A stretch of 64,000 nt of DNA from Lacinutrix sp. GTDB taxonomy: Bacteria > Bacteroidota > Bacteroidia > Flavobacteriales > Flavobacteriaceae. Positions within the stretch are counted from its first letter, which is position 1. Every line of letters starts with the position of its first letter. Under the pieces are notes generated by a model. The model did no database searches, was not told the origin of the DNA, and saw only the letters and a list, made by a program, of their open reading frames with translations. Below are positions 49,401 to 57,908 of the stretch, in pieces. The position numbers were made by a program, and so were the translations under genes. The stretch lies in NCBI RefSeq assembly GCF_029238095.1, contig NZ_JAQWGS010000021.1, positions 6,068 through 70,067 of the forward strand. Reading direction: 5' to 3'.

Positions 49401-49658
49401 AACTCCCATGTTTTTTAGAAGTCCCATTTCTGCATCTAAGGCCGCTTTAATAACATCATCGGATTGTTTCCATAGACTGTAATTGTAATTAGTACCTATT
49501 GGAACATAGCCCCAGTTCATACCATTTATCATGAAGTCTTGTCCATCAACAAGAAGCTTCATTCCATCTTCATTTTTTTGAACAGTGACTTTATTTACTT
49601 GAGCGAACGCCAATGTTGCAAATAATAAAAATGTTAATCTTAGAAAATTGTTTTTCAT
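46473..49658 (-). CDS. GH-A clan glycosidase (GH158/GH2-like TIM barrel) fused to a ~600-aa predicted outer-membrane beta-barrel
   Basis: SPI signal (AFA|Q); MGVNAIRQY, LLGNENNY, LFTEFGAD, FQFSDGWWK; C-terminal region of amphipathic aromatic/Gly-rich strands. Confidence 0.75.
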   Translation of the reverse strand: MKNNFLRLTFLLFATLAFAQVNKVTVQKNEDGMKLLVDGQDFMINGMNWGYVPIGTNYNYSLWKQSDDVIKAALDAEMGLLKNMGVNAIRQYTGIQPKWITYIYENYGIYTMLNHSFGRYGLTIEGTWVPVTDYRDGKTKKLLMSEITKLAEDYKNTPGLLMFLLGNENNYGLFWAGSETEDFPDEEDQRREVGEKRGRPMYKLMNDAAVKMKSINSSIPIAICNGDVLFIDIIAEECKDVDIYGTNMYRGVSFGNAFQVVKDKLNKPILFTEFGADAFNAVTNDEDQKAQAYYMVGNWKEIYQNASGLGKAGNAIGGFTFQFSDGWWKFGQTKNLDIHDTNASWSNGGYPHDIGKPGDNNMNEEWFGICAKGPNNERGLYTLYPRAAYYSLKEAHNLNPYDDGVTADFVENYFKNINLMDAVLRARGDKAALGGGDSEKLRISQLSARFTTFNTGGSLITTPDTPDPDANNFPNQLGFDHMQSYFVGIEGKPASNMRAQVNFNVLGNVASNPIDEIFYENVGRPVTVISTDGVTNTEVVMTDVNRLRVYQAEFEWNAKDFDLRGFYRTGHYHWGYEGDFFNLYPEANYGPNLDLYNGEIFGAEIDGKGVLKGLKAAFGPQLWWGANPTALLKYQRTFGKWDVAGIYHRDLDTGLNFDETGQRVLNENQVRTGIIPAWPTERATIALERKFGNFGLTLGGIWGGSPLNGSVFQGINDNQDVVEDKITSSDNWGGKAKFTYQNGRFNWYGQASYMGLVAGGGADQTQTYTGWRLKDSGSGNMVNALTGFTYSFGNIQVAPNFMYQEPLLAAIPNNFGGAARLRNVIDDPFAVRNGNREMYGYEMLVTFDPTPGTWMYEWDNDRAEDAKLAMNLGFVYRRLPTTMDAHIGFLANRQFFAFPNSAPAEDLWEVHSRVVSKLNPDLGLIGNFYYGNGQGNGDSDRTITRFGGDVRAIYRKNMLQAHVKVNDWGPFDYHRDFNLTFPLQLMLDLSTSVGKPDWFILPSTKIGIRGTWRSLNDFSPRYSPTSVPANTFPAIPVLSPTGFPDGSEWEIRTYVHINIGK

Positions 49659-49752
49659 TTCTTTTTATTTTTTAATTTGGTAAGTGATTAGATGTATCTA
49701 AATATCAATATTGTAAAAATAATGTTAAAAAATATGAATTCTATGTAATATG

Positions 49753-49771
49753 CCTCTACAAAAAACATACA
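49753..49771 (-). promoter_or_regulatory. 19-bp glucan-locus operator, copy B
   Basis: TGTATGTTTTTTGTAGAGG on - strand, 31 nt upstream of TATTTTTA (49714-49721). Confidence 0.7.
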
Positions 49772-49877
49772 TATCAGTATTTAACTATTAAAAATAAGAA
49801 ATCCTCAATAAACATCTTTAGTAAGAGGATAATTATAAATCAAAATAAAAAGACAAAAACGGCAAATCTGATATAAT

Positions 49878-49896
49878 TGTATTGGTGTTGTATAGG
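49878..49896 (+). promoter_or_regulatory. 19-bp glucan-locus operator, copy C (inverted)
   Basis: TGTATTGGTGTTGTATAGG on + strand; 17/19 identical to copy A. Confidence 0.6.
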
Positions 49897-49919
49897 TTGA
49901 TTAGGGTTTAGTATTGGAA

Positions 49920-52742
49920 TTATAATTCAATGATGTAGTTTGCTAAACTTGTTTCATGAGGCAAATTCATTTTTTTTCTTAAACGATATCGTTTAACTTC
50001 CACACTCCTTGCAGAGATATTTAGCAAAGGCGCTATTTCTTTAGAAGATAGATTTAGCCTTAGATAAGCACATAATTTAAGGTCATTTGGTGTTAAAACA
50101 CTGTGTTTATTTTTGAGTTTTTGTAAAAAATCTTTATCAGCATTATTAAAGGCTTCTTGAAAGAATTTCCAATCGTCTGTATTGTTAATGTTTTTATCAA
50201 TTATTTTGATTACAGACTTTATATTATCATCTGTATCTTTACTTTTTAGTTCGCTTTTTATAGAATTTAAGAATTCATTCTTTTTAATTAAACTCATAGT
50301 AGATATTGCTAACTCCCTACTTTTGTTATCTATATCTTGTTGCAACTTTAAGTTTTCGAAATGCATTTGTTGCTGTCTATTCTCTAATTCTTTATGTTGT
50401 AAGTCTCTCTCAGCTTTAATTATTAGCATTCTACGTTGTTTTTTATGATAGCCATCATAAAAATGATGCAATAAAAATATTAATAAAACTAACCCAATAA
50501 CATAAATAACAACTGCTAAGTTTGAGGCATACCATGGTTTATTAATATAGAATTGATAACTCGCAATGTTTTTTGAAATATTTTCTCCAACTCTTGCTCT
50601 TACACTAAAAGTATAATCGCCTGGTGGTAAATTTTTATAAAGTACATTTGGCGAATTTGACCACTCACTCCAATTGTTGTAAATACCTTTTAGTTGATGC
50701 TGGTATTCTAATACTTTAAATTTGTTAAACTGGGTTAAACTATAAAAGAATTCTATATTATTATCTTCTGGTTTTAAATCTGCAATTTCATTTAAATTTA
50801 ATAATTTATATTCTCCCGAATGCTTGTTACTATTTATTGAGTTAATATTAATTTTCTCTATTGTATTGTTAAAATTGTCAATATCAATAATTAAATATCC
50901 AGATGTGGTACCTAAAAGATATTTACTATCCTTTATATTAATAATGTTTTCATAGCTAGTTACACCAAGCCTTAAACTTTTAGGTAGTGCTATTTTTCTA
51001 ATTTGCGGTTTATTTGATAGGTTTCCTGGTTTAACTTGTATTATGTCTGTATTTGTAAATCCCCAAAGCGTGTTAGAGTTTGCTTCATGAATTAACTTAC
51101 CTGATGTGTAGTTTGAAGGCTTAAACGTTTGACTTAATAAGCTGTCTTTAATAAATTCTTCTTTATTAAAATCATATTTATAATAACCCTCGCTGTAAAC
51201 ATAATAGACATTATCATTATAGTTAAAAAGGCTTGAATATAAACCCTTATTAAAAGTATCTATTTTAATGTTTTTTGCTTTGGTAAACTCCTCGTTCACT
51301 TCTATTTTATAAACACCTTTATATTCATGGCTTACAAAAATTGTAGTATTATTCACCAATTCGAAAAATCTTGCAGAAAGATCAAATCCATCAATCTTGT
51401 TTTTTAAACTCCAATTATTATTAAGCTTTTCTAGCGTGTATAAGCCATTATAATTCCCTTGTAATAGCATATTCGATTTGCCTTCTATGGGTTTAATTGA
51501 CCACGTTCCTTTAATATTAGCTATCTTCTTAGCTTTATTGTTAGCTATTAAAAAAGTTCCTGAATTATGTCCACAAAATAGTTCATCGCTAATTACTTCT
51601 ATAAACCAAACTTGACCTTGAGTTCCTTTTATAAAGGTAAATGGTTTATCTGTATTATCTAAATCTCTATAAAACAATCCTTGATTTGTACCCAAATATA
51701 GATAACCATTATAGACCGATGACGCATATACAGATCCTAATTGACCTCTTGAGTCATTAAATATTTTGATTGGAGATTTACTATTAATACAATTAATCCC
51801 ATTATCTAAACCTAGCCAAATATTGCTATCTATATCCTCGAAAACGGAAAGCACAGTGTTATTGCTCAAGCCTAAATTTTGATTGATTTGATTTACAATT
51901 TCACCATTTTTATCAAGAATTATTACTCCATTAGATATAGTTCCAATAGCAAATCCACCATCTTTAAGCTTTGCACTACTGTAAACACTATATTTTAATA
52001 AAGTTTCATTAATATCATTACTCCATGGTAATAAGGCTTTGTCTTTAAATACATACACACCATTGTTTTCTGTTTGAACCAATAATTGACTTTTATATTC
52101 AAACATATTAACTACGTTATTATTTTTTACAATTTCATCATCTATTAGCACTGTTTTATCACCATTAATAATTTGATAAACACCAATATTTAAATCTTGA
52201 AAATATATAGAATCGTCTACTTTAAAAAGTTTAGTAATTGATGACTCGGAGTCAATAATTTTAAATTCTTCTTCTTTTGTATTATATATATAAACTCTAT
52301 CTAATGAGCTAAATAAAACCCAATCATCTAAATAATTAATTTGCCAAAACTGCTCATCTTCTACTAAAGAAATATTTTTATTATTAGAAAGTGATGTGTA
52401 TTCTAAGAATCCAAAACTATTTTTTAACCAATAGCCAAATTCCATATAACAACCTGTGTAAATTCTATCTCCAACAACTTTTACAGAACGTAAAATTGTT
52501 TCATTTGGAGAGTCGTAACGTCTCCAATTAGCACCATTATACTCTAAAAGACCTGCATTATTTGCTACATAAATTGTTTTATCCTTCGCTTGAGAAATAG
52601 ACCAGTTTTGGTTTTCACCGTTATATTGTTGTGGTGAAAACACTTTTACAGGAGGAACTTCTTGAGCCAATAAACAGCTACAAAACGACAAAAAACTTAA
52701 TAAAAAGAATACCTTTATGCTATATTTAATAAATCTATCCAT
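49920..52742 (-). CDS. One-component membrane sensor-regulator: periplasmic beta-propeller + Y_Y_Y + TM + LuxR HTH; start refined to 52742
   Basis: QNWSISQ, GLSNNTVLS, WLGLDNGI propeller repeats; YKNLPPGDYTFSVRA Y_Y_Y; PWY+TM; LTPNDLKLCAYLRLNLSSKEIA...VEVKRYRLRKK. Confidence 0.93.
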   Translation of the reverse strand: MDRFIKYSIKVFFLLSFLSFCSCLLAQEVPPVKVFSPQQYNGENQNWSISQAKDKTIYVANNAGLLEYNGANWRRYDSPNETILRSVKVVGDRIYTGCYMEFGYWLKNSFGFLEYTSLSNNKNISLVEDEQFWQINYLDDWVLFSSLDRVYIYNTKEEEFKIIDSESSITKLFKVDDSIYFQDLNIGVYQIINGDKTVLIDDEIVKNNNVVNMFEYKSQLLVQTENNGVYVFKDKALLPWSNDINETLLKYSVYSSAKLKDGGFAIGTISNGVIILDKNGEIVNQINQNLGLSNNTVLSVFEDIDSNIWLGLDNGINCINSKSPIKIFNDSRGQLGSVYASSVYNGYLYLGTNQGLFYRDLDNTDKPFTFIKGTQGQVWFIEVISDELFCGHNSGTFLIANNKAKKIANIKGTWSIKPIEGKSNMLLQGNYNGLYTLEKLNNNWSLKNKIDGFDLSARFFELVNNTTIFVSHEYKGVYKIEVNEEFTKAKNIKIDTFNKGLYSSLFNYNDNVYYVYSEGYYKYDFNKEEFIKDSLLSQTFKPSNYTSGKLIHEANSNTLWGFTNTDIIQVKPGNLSNKPQIRKIALPKSLRLGVTSYENIINIKDSKYLLGTTSGYLIIDIDNFNNTIEKININSINSNKHSGEYKLLNLNEIADLKPEDNNIEFFYSLTQFNKFKVLEYQHQLKGIYNNWSEWSNSPNVLYKNLPPGDYTFSVRARVGENISKNIASYQFYINKPWYASNLAVVIYVIGLVLLIFLLHHFYDGYHKKQRRMLIIKAERDLQHKELENRQQQMHFENLKLQQDIDNKSRELAISTMSLIKKNEFLNSIKSELKSKDTDDNIKSVIKIIDKNINNTDDWKFFQEAFNNADKDFLQKLKNKHSVLTPNDLKLCAYLRLNLSSKEIAPLLNISARSVEVKRYRLRKKMNLPHETSLANYIIEL

Positions 52743-53270
52743 ACTAATGAGTTGTACTGCAATATACAAAACTGTATGGTAATTATTTATAACTAAAAAA
52801 CAACCATACAATTATAGCTACAAAATCATTTTGCTATTGAAAAAATGATAATTATATATGAATAAATCCTCATTGAAAAAAATTGCTAAACCACAGATTA
52901 TTATATAAATATTGATCTAGCTTAGGTTATAGAGAAATTAATAATGAAGGCTCTCTTGCTCTAACTATACAAGAAACTGATGAGTATTGTAGTCTATAAA
53001 CTATTAATACAAATGTTAGTTATTTGCATAGTATGAGGCAATATCAAATTAACGCCATTCATTTTTTAAGAAAATTACCATTACGTTTTTATTGCTTTTT
53101 AGATTTATCTTTGAAAATCATATAAAAAACCAAAAATTAGCCAAGGCCTTAGGGATGTTAATATTATTGCAGAATATAAAGAAGATATACGTTAAACTAA
53201 ATATGTGTTTCTTGATTCTAAAGGAGTTAAAGTTAAAATGTTTAAAGATGAAATTTTATAATCATCAAAA

Positions 53271-54662
53271 TTATTTCCCAATACAGAAATTAGCAAAAAT
53301 ATTTCCTAACAAATCATCACTAGTAATCTCACCTGTTATTTCTCCAAAATGAAATAAGGCCTGTCGCACATCTATAGCTAATAAATCTCCCGAAACACCT
53401 GTTTCCAATCCTGCTTTAACGTTATTTATTTCTTCAAATGCTTTAATAAGTGAATCGTAATGCCTTGTATTAGTTACAATAGTTTCGTTATTTCTTAGTG
53501 CTCCAGTATTAACAAAACTTATTAACTTGTTTTTAAGTTCGTCTACTCCTAGTCCTGTCTTGGCAGACAATAAGTGAAGATTATTAAATTTGGATGTTAA
53601 GGTTTTTAATTCAAAATCGTTTAAAACATCTATTTTATTAGCAATTACCAATAATGGCTTTAATGGAAAACGATTTTTAATTTTTTCAATTTCGACTTTT
53701 AGACGTTTACTTTCAGTTTTAAATTCTTCAGCAGAGAACAAGAGCACTACTACTTGAGCTTGTTCCATTTTTTCGAATGTTTTCTTAATACCAATACTTT
53801 CTACAACATCTTTAGTTTCACGAATTCCTGCAGTATCTATAAAACGAAAACCTATACCTTCTATTACTAATTCGTCTTCAATGGTATCTCTAGTTGTTCC
53901 TGCTATTTCGCTTACAATAGCACGTTCTTCATTTAAAAGTGCATTTAAAAGTGTAGATTTACCAACATTTGGCTCACCAACAATGGCAACAGGAATTCCA
54001 TTTTTAATAACATTTCCAACCGCAAAACTGTCAATTAACCGTTTTAAGACAAAAGTTATACGATTTATTAATGCAGCAAACTGTGTTCTATCTGCAAACT
54101 CAACATCTTCTTCTGCAAAATCAAGTTCTAATTCAATTAAGCTGGCAAAATTCATTAATTCTTCGCGTAATTTTGCGATTTCACTTGAAAAACCACCACG
54201 CATTTGCTGCATTGCAATTTGATGTGATGCTTCGTTATCACTAGCTATTAGATCTGCTACAGCTTCAGCTTGACTTAAATCTAATTTTGCGTTTAAGAAG
54301 GCTCGCAATGTAAATTCTCCAGCAGTTGCCATTCTACATCCTTTTCGAAGAAAGAGTTGAATAATTTCTTGCTGAATATAAATAGAACCATGACAAGAAA
54401 TTTCAACTACATTTTCACCTGTATAAGAATTTGGGTTTTTAAAAACTGAAACTAAAACTTCGTCTATTATTCTTTTGCCATCTATTATATGTCCAAAATG
54501 TATTGTATGTGTTTTTTGATTTAAAAGTGTTTTTTTATTCTTAACAGATTGAAAACAACTATTAGCGATACTTATAGCATCTGCTCCAGAAAGTCTTACT
54601 ATAGCAACTGCTCCAGCACCAGATGCTGTAGCGAGTGCTACTATTGTATCAGTTTTAATCAT
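53271..54662 (-). CDS. mnmE: tRNA modification GTPase MnmE
   Basis: DTIVALAT, GEPNVGKS, GTTRD, DTAG, NKID, C-terminal FCIGK. Confidence 0.98.
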   Translation of the reverse strand: MIKTDTIVALATASGAGAVAIVRLSGADAISIANSCFQSVKNKKTLLNQKTHTIHFGHIIDGKRIIDEVLVSVFKNPNSYTGENVVEISCHGSIYIQQEIIQLFLRKGCRMATAGEFTLRAFLNAKLDLSQAEAVADLIASDNEASHQIAMQQMRGGFSSEIAKLREELMNFASLIELELDFAEEDVEFADRTQFAALINRITFVLKRLIDSFAVGNVIKNGIPVAIVGEPNVGKSTLLNALLNEERAIVSEIAGTTRDTIEDELVIEGIGFRFIDTAGIRETKDVVESIGIKKTFEKMEQAQVVVLLFSAEEFKTESKRLKVEIEKIKNRFPLKPLLVIANKIDVLNDFELKTLTSKFNNLHLLSAKTGLGVDELKNKLISFVNTGALRNNETIVTNTRHYDSLIKAFEEINNVKAGLETGVSGDLLAIDVRQALFHFGEITGEITSDDLLGNIFANFCIGK

Positions 54663-54767
54663 ATCGCAAAAGTAATAAATTGTAAATTGATTACTGTATT
54701 ACTCGCTTTTTAAAAAGCACATAATAAATTATATTCTTATATATTTGTAATTCAAAAAAAAATAAAA

Positions 54768-55469
54768 ATGCTTAAAAATATATTTCTAATAGTATTTATC
54801 TTCTTTATTATTATTTCATGTAAAAATGATAATACTAACGGTTTTAAAATATCTGGAACATCAGATAGCTATATAACCGGAAGCACTGCTAGACTTTTTA
54901 GAGTTGAAAACAAAAAAAAGAAAGTTTTAGATTCTACTGTTCTAGAAAAAGGAAATTTTACTTTTGAGGGAAAAGTAGATGGACCAGATATTTATTACAT
55001 TACTATTGACAATGTTTTAGGTGCTTTACCTATAATTCTGGCAAATGAAACTTTCGACCTCCAAGTAATCAAAGATAGTCTTGCTAATTCTAAAATAATT
55101 GGAAGTAAAGAAAACGATTACACACAAAAATACAATGAAGGCACACAATACCTGAGAGATAAACACAAGGTATTAAATGAAAGATTTCAAATCTTTAAAC
55201 TTAGTGGAAATAAAGACAGCATGCAAACTGTTAAGTTTTCTTATGATAGTTTAGTATTAGAAAAAGGCAAGTTTGATGTTTCTTTTATTAAAAAATATCC
55301 TAATACAACTTTGGCTGCTTTAATTTTAGAACGTATTACAATGGCTAAACAAATTTCTGAGGAGGAAACCAATCTGCTTTACAAGACTTTATCTAAAGAG
55401 ATGCAAAACACTAGAGCAGCTAAATATGCTTTGGAATTTATAGAGGAACAGAAAAAAAGAAATAATTAA
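54768..55469 (+). CDS. DUF4369-domain lipoprotein
   Basis: Lipobox IISC; FKISG, LDSTVLEKGNFTFEGKV, IIGSKEND, FIKKYPNT. Confidence 0.8.
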   Translation: MLKNIFLIVFIFFIIISCKNDNTNGFKISGTSDSYITGSTARLFRVENKKKKVLDSTVLEKGNFTFEGKVDGPDIYYITIDNVLGALPIILANETFDLQVIKDSLANSKIIGSKENDYTQKYNEGTQYLRDKHKVLNERFQIFKLSGNKDSMQTVKFSYDSLVLEKGKFDVSFIKKYPNTTLAALILERITMAKQISEEETNLLYKTLSKEMQNTRAAKYALEFIEEQKKRNN

Positions 55470-56101
55470 ATTTTTCCTAGTTTTTGCATTATAAATAAAA
55501 CTGCTATGGGCAATCCCATAAAAAGCATCATAGTTAAGTCTTGCTCCAATAGTCTAGGAGCAAGCAATAATGTTATTATATAACCTCCAACTGCACCACC
55601 AAAATGAGCATCGTGACCTATGTTGCCTATTTGTTTTTTCATTCCATAAATTGAATATAACAAATACCCAATACCAAAAACAAATCCAGGAATAAAAAAA
55701 TTAATTTCCATCCATGGATCAAATAATATAGCCGAATAAATAATACCCATTACAGCTCCACTTGCTCCAACAGCAGAATAATGGTAATCCTTTTTATGAA
55801 AATAATACGAGAGTAAACTACCCGTAATTAAACTTGCAAAATAAACTACAAGAAAACTAACTTCACCAATACGATAAATTACTCCATTTGCAAAAAAAAA
55901 CAACGTTACCATATTAAATAATAAATGCTGTGTATTAACATGTAAAAACCCAGAAGTTAACATTCTTAACTTTTCTCCTCTGTTTATAGCTCCAATGTTA
56001 AATTTGTATTTTTCGAAAAAAGAAAAATCATTAAAACCTTTAATAGATACTAATACATTTGCTACTATTAATAGTATTGTTACAAGATTTAAATTGCCCA
56101 T
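55466..56101 (-). CDS. Rhomboid-family intramembrane serine protease
   Basis: GFLH..HLLFNM, VGASGA, AHFGG. Confidence 0.93.
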   Translation of the reverse strand: MGNLNLVTILLIVANVLVSIKGFNDFSFFEKYKFNIGAINRGEKLRMLTSGFLHVNTQHLLFNMVTLFFFANGVIYRIGEVSFLVVYFASLITGSLLSYYFHKKDYHYSAVGASGAVMGIIYSAILFDPWMEINFFIPGFVFGIGYLLYSIYGMKKQIGNIGHDAHFGGAVGGYIITLLLAPRLLEQDLTMMLFMGLPIAVLFIMQKLGKI

Positions 56102-56160
56102 AAAGTATTCCGTTTTTTAAATATAGCATATATTTGCTTCTACAAATCTAAAACTAATTC

Positions 56161-57051
56161 ATGCAATTATTAGCTTACATTTTAATTTATCCATTTTTTT
56201 GGTTAGTATCAATATTGCCTTTTAGAATATTGTATGCGTTTTCAGATTTAATTTACCTTTTTATTTATCACATTTTCGGTTATCGCAAAAAAGTAGTCCA
56301 AGACAATCTAAAATTAGTTTTTCCAGAAAAGTCTTCAAAAGAGATAAGTACCATTACAAAAAAATTCTATCATCATTTATGCGATATGATAGTTGAAGCC
56401 ATGAAATCTATGACTATTTCTGAAGCTGAAATGAAAAAACGCTACACATTTACAAATATTGAATTGCTTAAAAAACTGGAAGACCAAAATAGAAGTGTTA
56501 TCATAATGTGTGGCCATTATGCGAGTTGGGAGTGGATTTTTATTTTACAAACCTATGTTAGTCATAAAGGCTTTGCTGTTTACAAAAGATTAAATAATAA
56601 ATATTTCGACAGATTAATTAAGCGTATTCGCGCAAAATATAACAGCCATTTAATTACTACCAAAGAAACTATTACAACTCTAAAAGCCTCTCATGCTAAA
56701 AACGAATTAACAATTACTGGCTTTGTTGCAGATCAATCTCCAAAATTAAATAAGGCGCACCATTGGAATAGTTTTATGGGAGTTACTGTACCAATTCATA
56801 CTGGAGCCGAAATGCTGGCAAAAGAATTAAACCAAGCTGTTGTGTTCTTTGATGTTAGAAAAATGAAACGCGGCTATTACCAAACCACTTTTAAAACTAT
56901 AGCAGAACACCCAAAAGAATTTAAAAACTACGAAATTACAGATATTTTTAAATCTTTTATTGAAGAACAAATAAAAGAACAACCAGAATATTACTTATGG
57001 ACACATAAGCGTTGGAAACACCGAAATAATGTACCTGCTGAGTTTCAATAA
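56161..57051 (+). CDS. Lipid A late acyltransferase (LpxL/HtrB family)
   Basis: GHYASWE, ADQSP, PEYYLWTHKRWK. Confidence 0.9.
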   Translation: MQLLAYILIYPFFWLVSILPFRILYAFSDLIYLFIYHIFGYRKKVVQDNLKLVFPEKSSKEISTITKKFYHHLCDMIVEAMKSMTISEAEMKKRYTFTNIELLKKLEDQNRSVIIMCGHYASWEWIFILQTYVSHKGFAVYKRLNNKYFDRLIKRIRAKYNSHLITTKETITTLKASHAKNELTITGFVADQSPKLNKAHHWNSFMGVTVPIHTGAEMLAKELNQAVVFFDVRKMKRGYYQTTFKTIAEHPKEFKNYEITDIFKSFIEEQIKEQPEYYLWTHKRWKHRNNVPAEFQ

Positions 57052-57063
57052 GAACAAAAAAGA

Positions 57064-57902
57064 CTAATTAGAAGTATACTTAGTATAAAAAATTAAAACT
57101 TCATTTTCATCATCAATTAAACTTAAATCACCATTGCTATCGAGTTTAAAACTCCAACCAAATGGTTCTTTTTCAATACGATAAATTTTAGAATTAGATT
57201 TTATTTCTAACAATTCTAATTTTTGTAGTCTTTCATTTTGTTTATGGTAAAGGTTGCTATCAGACAGTTCTATAAACTCAAAAAAACCAAGTTCTTTTAT
57301 GTTTTTAAATGATTGTTTTTGCCATATTCCTAAAACTTTAACTTGGTCTAAAGCTTTAATTTTTTTTTGATAATTTAAAACCTCATAAAGGTCTTTACTA
57401 ACAGAATTACTTTCGATTAAGTTCAACTTTTTTAATAAGTTAACATGTCTATTATTTTCTCCATAGACAGAGTACACATAAAAATTATTAGCAACTGCTT
57501 CAAGTTGATAAGCTGGATATTGAATTAGTTTAGCATCTCCTCTAACAGTAACACATTTCTTAATTATTGGCCAAAACGCTAAAGTAGATGGTCCATAATT
57601 ATTGTGTGTTAAGTGCATTTCTGGAACTATATTATTGGATTTATAACTTTTTACACCATGAATTTCTAACATTAAAGCAGTTCTCATCATATGTGTTATA
57701 GAAATAGAACATGCTCTTCTGTTGTGTGTTTTCCGATTTCTAAAGCGTCTTGATCTAATTTTAAAAGTTTATCCCAATACATATTAATTTCAGCTTCAGT
57801 TTTTAACTCAGAAACTTCTTTTCTATAATCATTTAGAAGTGTTCTATTTGAACAAGACGAAATAAAAATAAAAAGAATAAAAATGTATAATATATTTTTC
57901 AA
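57064..57902 (-). pseudogene. Hypothetical lipoprotein split by a 1-nt frameshift (ORFs 57696-57902 and 57064-57690)
   Basis: Lipobox ISSC in the 68-aa fragment; restoring one base near 57709 joins ...TTEEH-x-SISITHMMRTALM... into one frame. Confidence 0.65.
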
Positions 57903-57908
57903 AGTAAT

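Noticed and set aside
53092-53352. 86-aa + strand ORF downstream of mnmE
   Set aside because: Low-complexity Lys/Leu-rich translation of AT-rich spacer overlapping the mnmE end; no coding evidence
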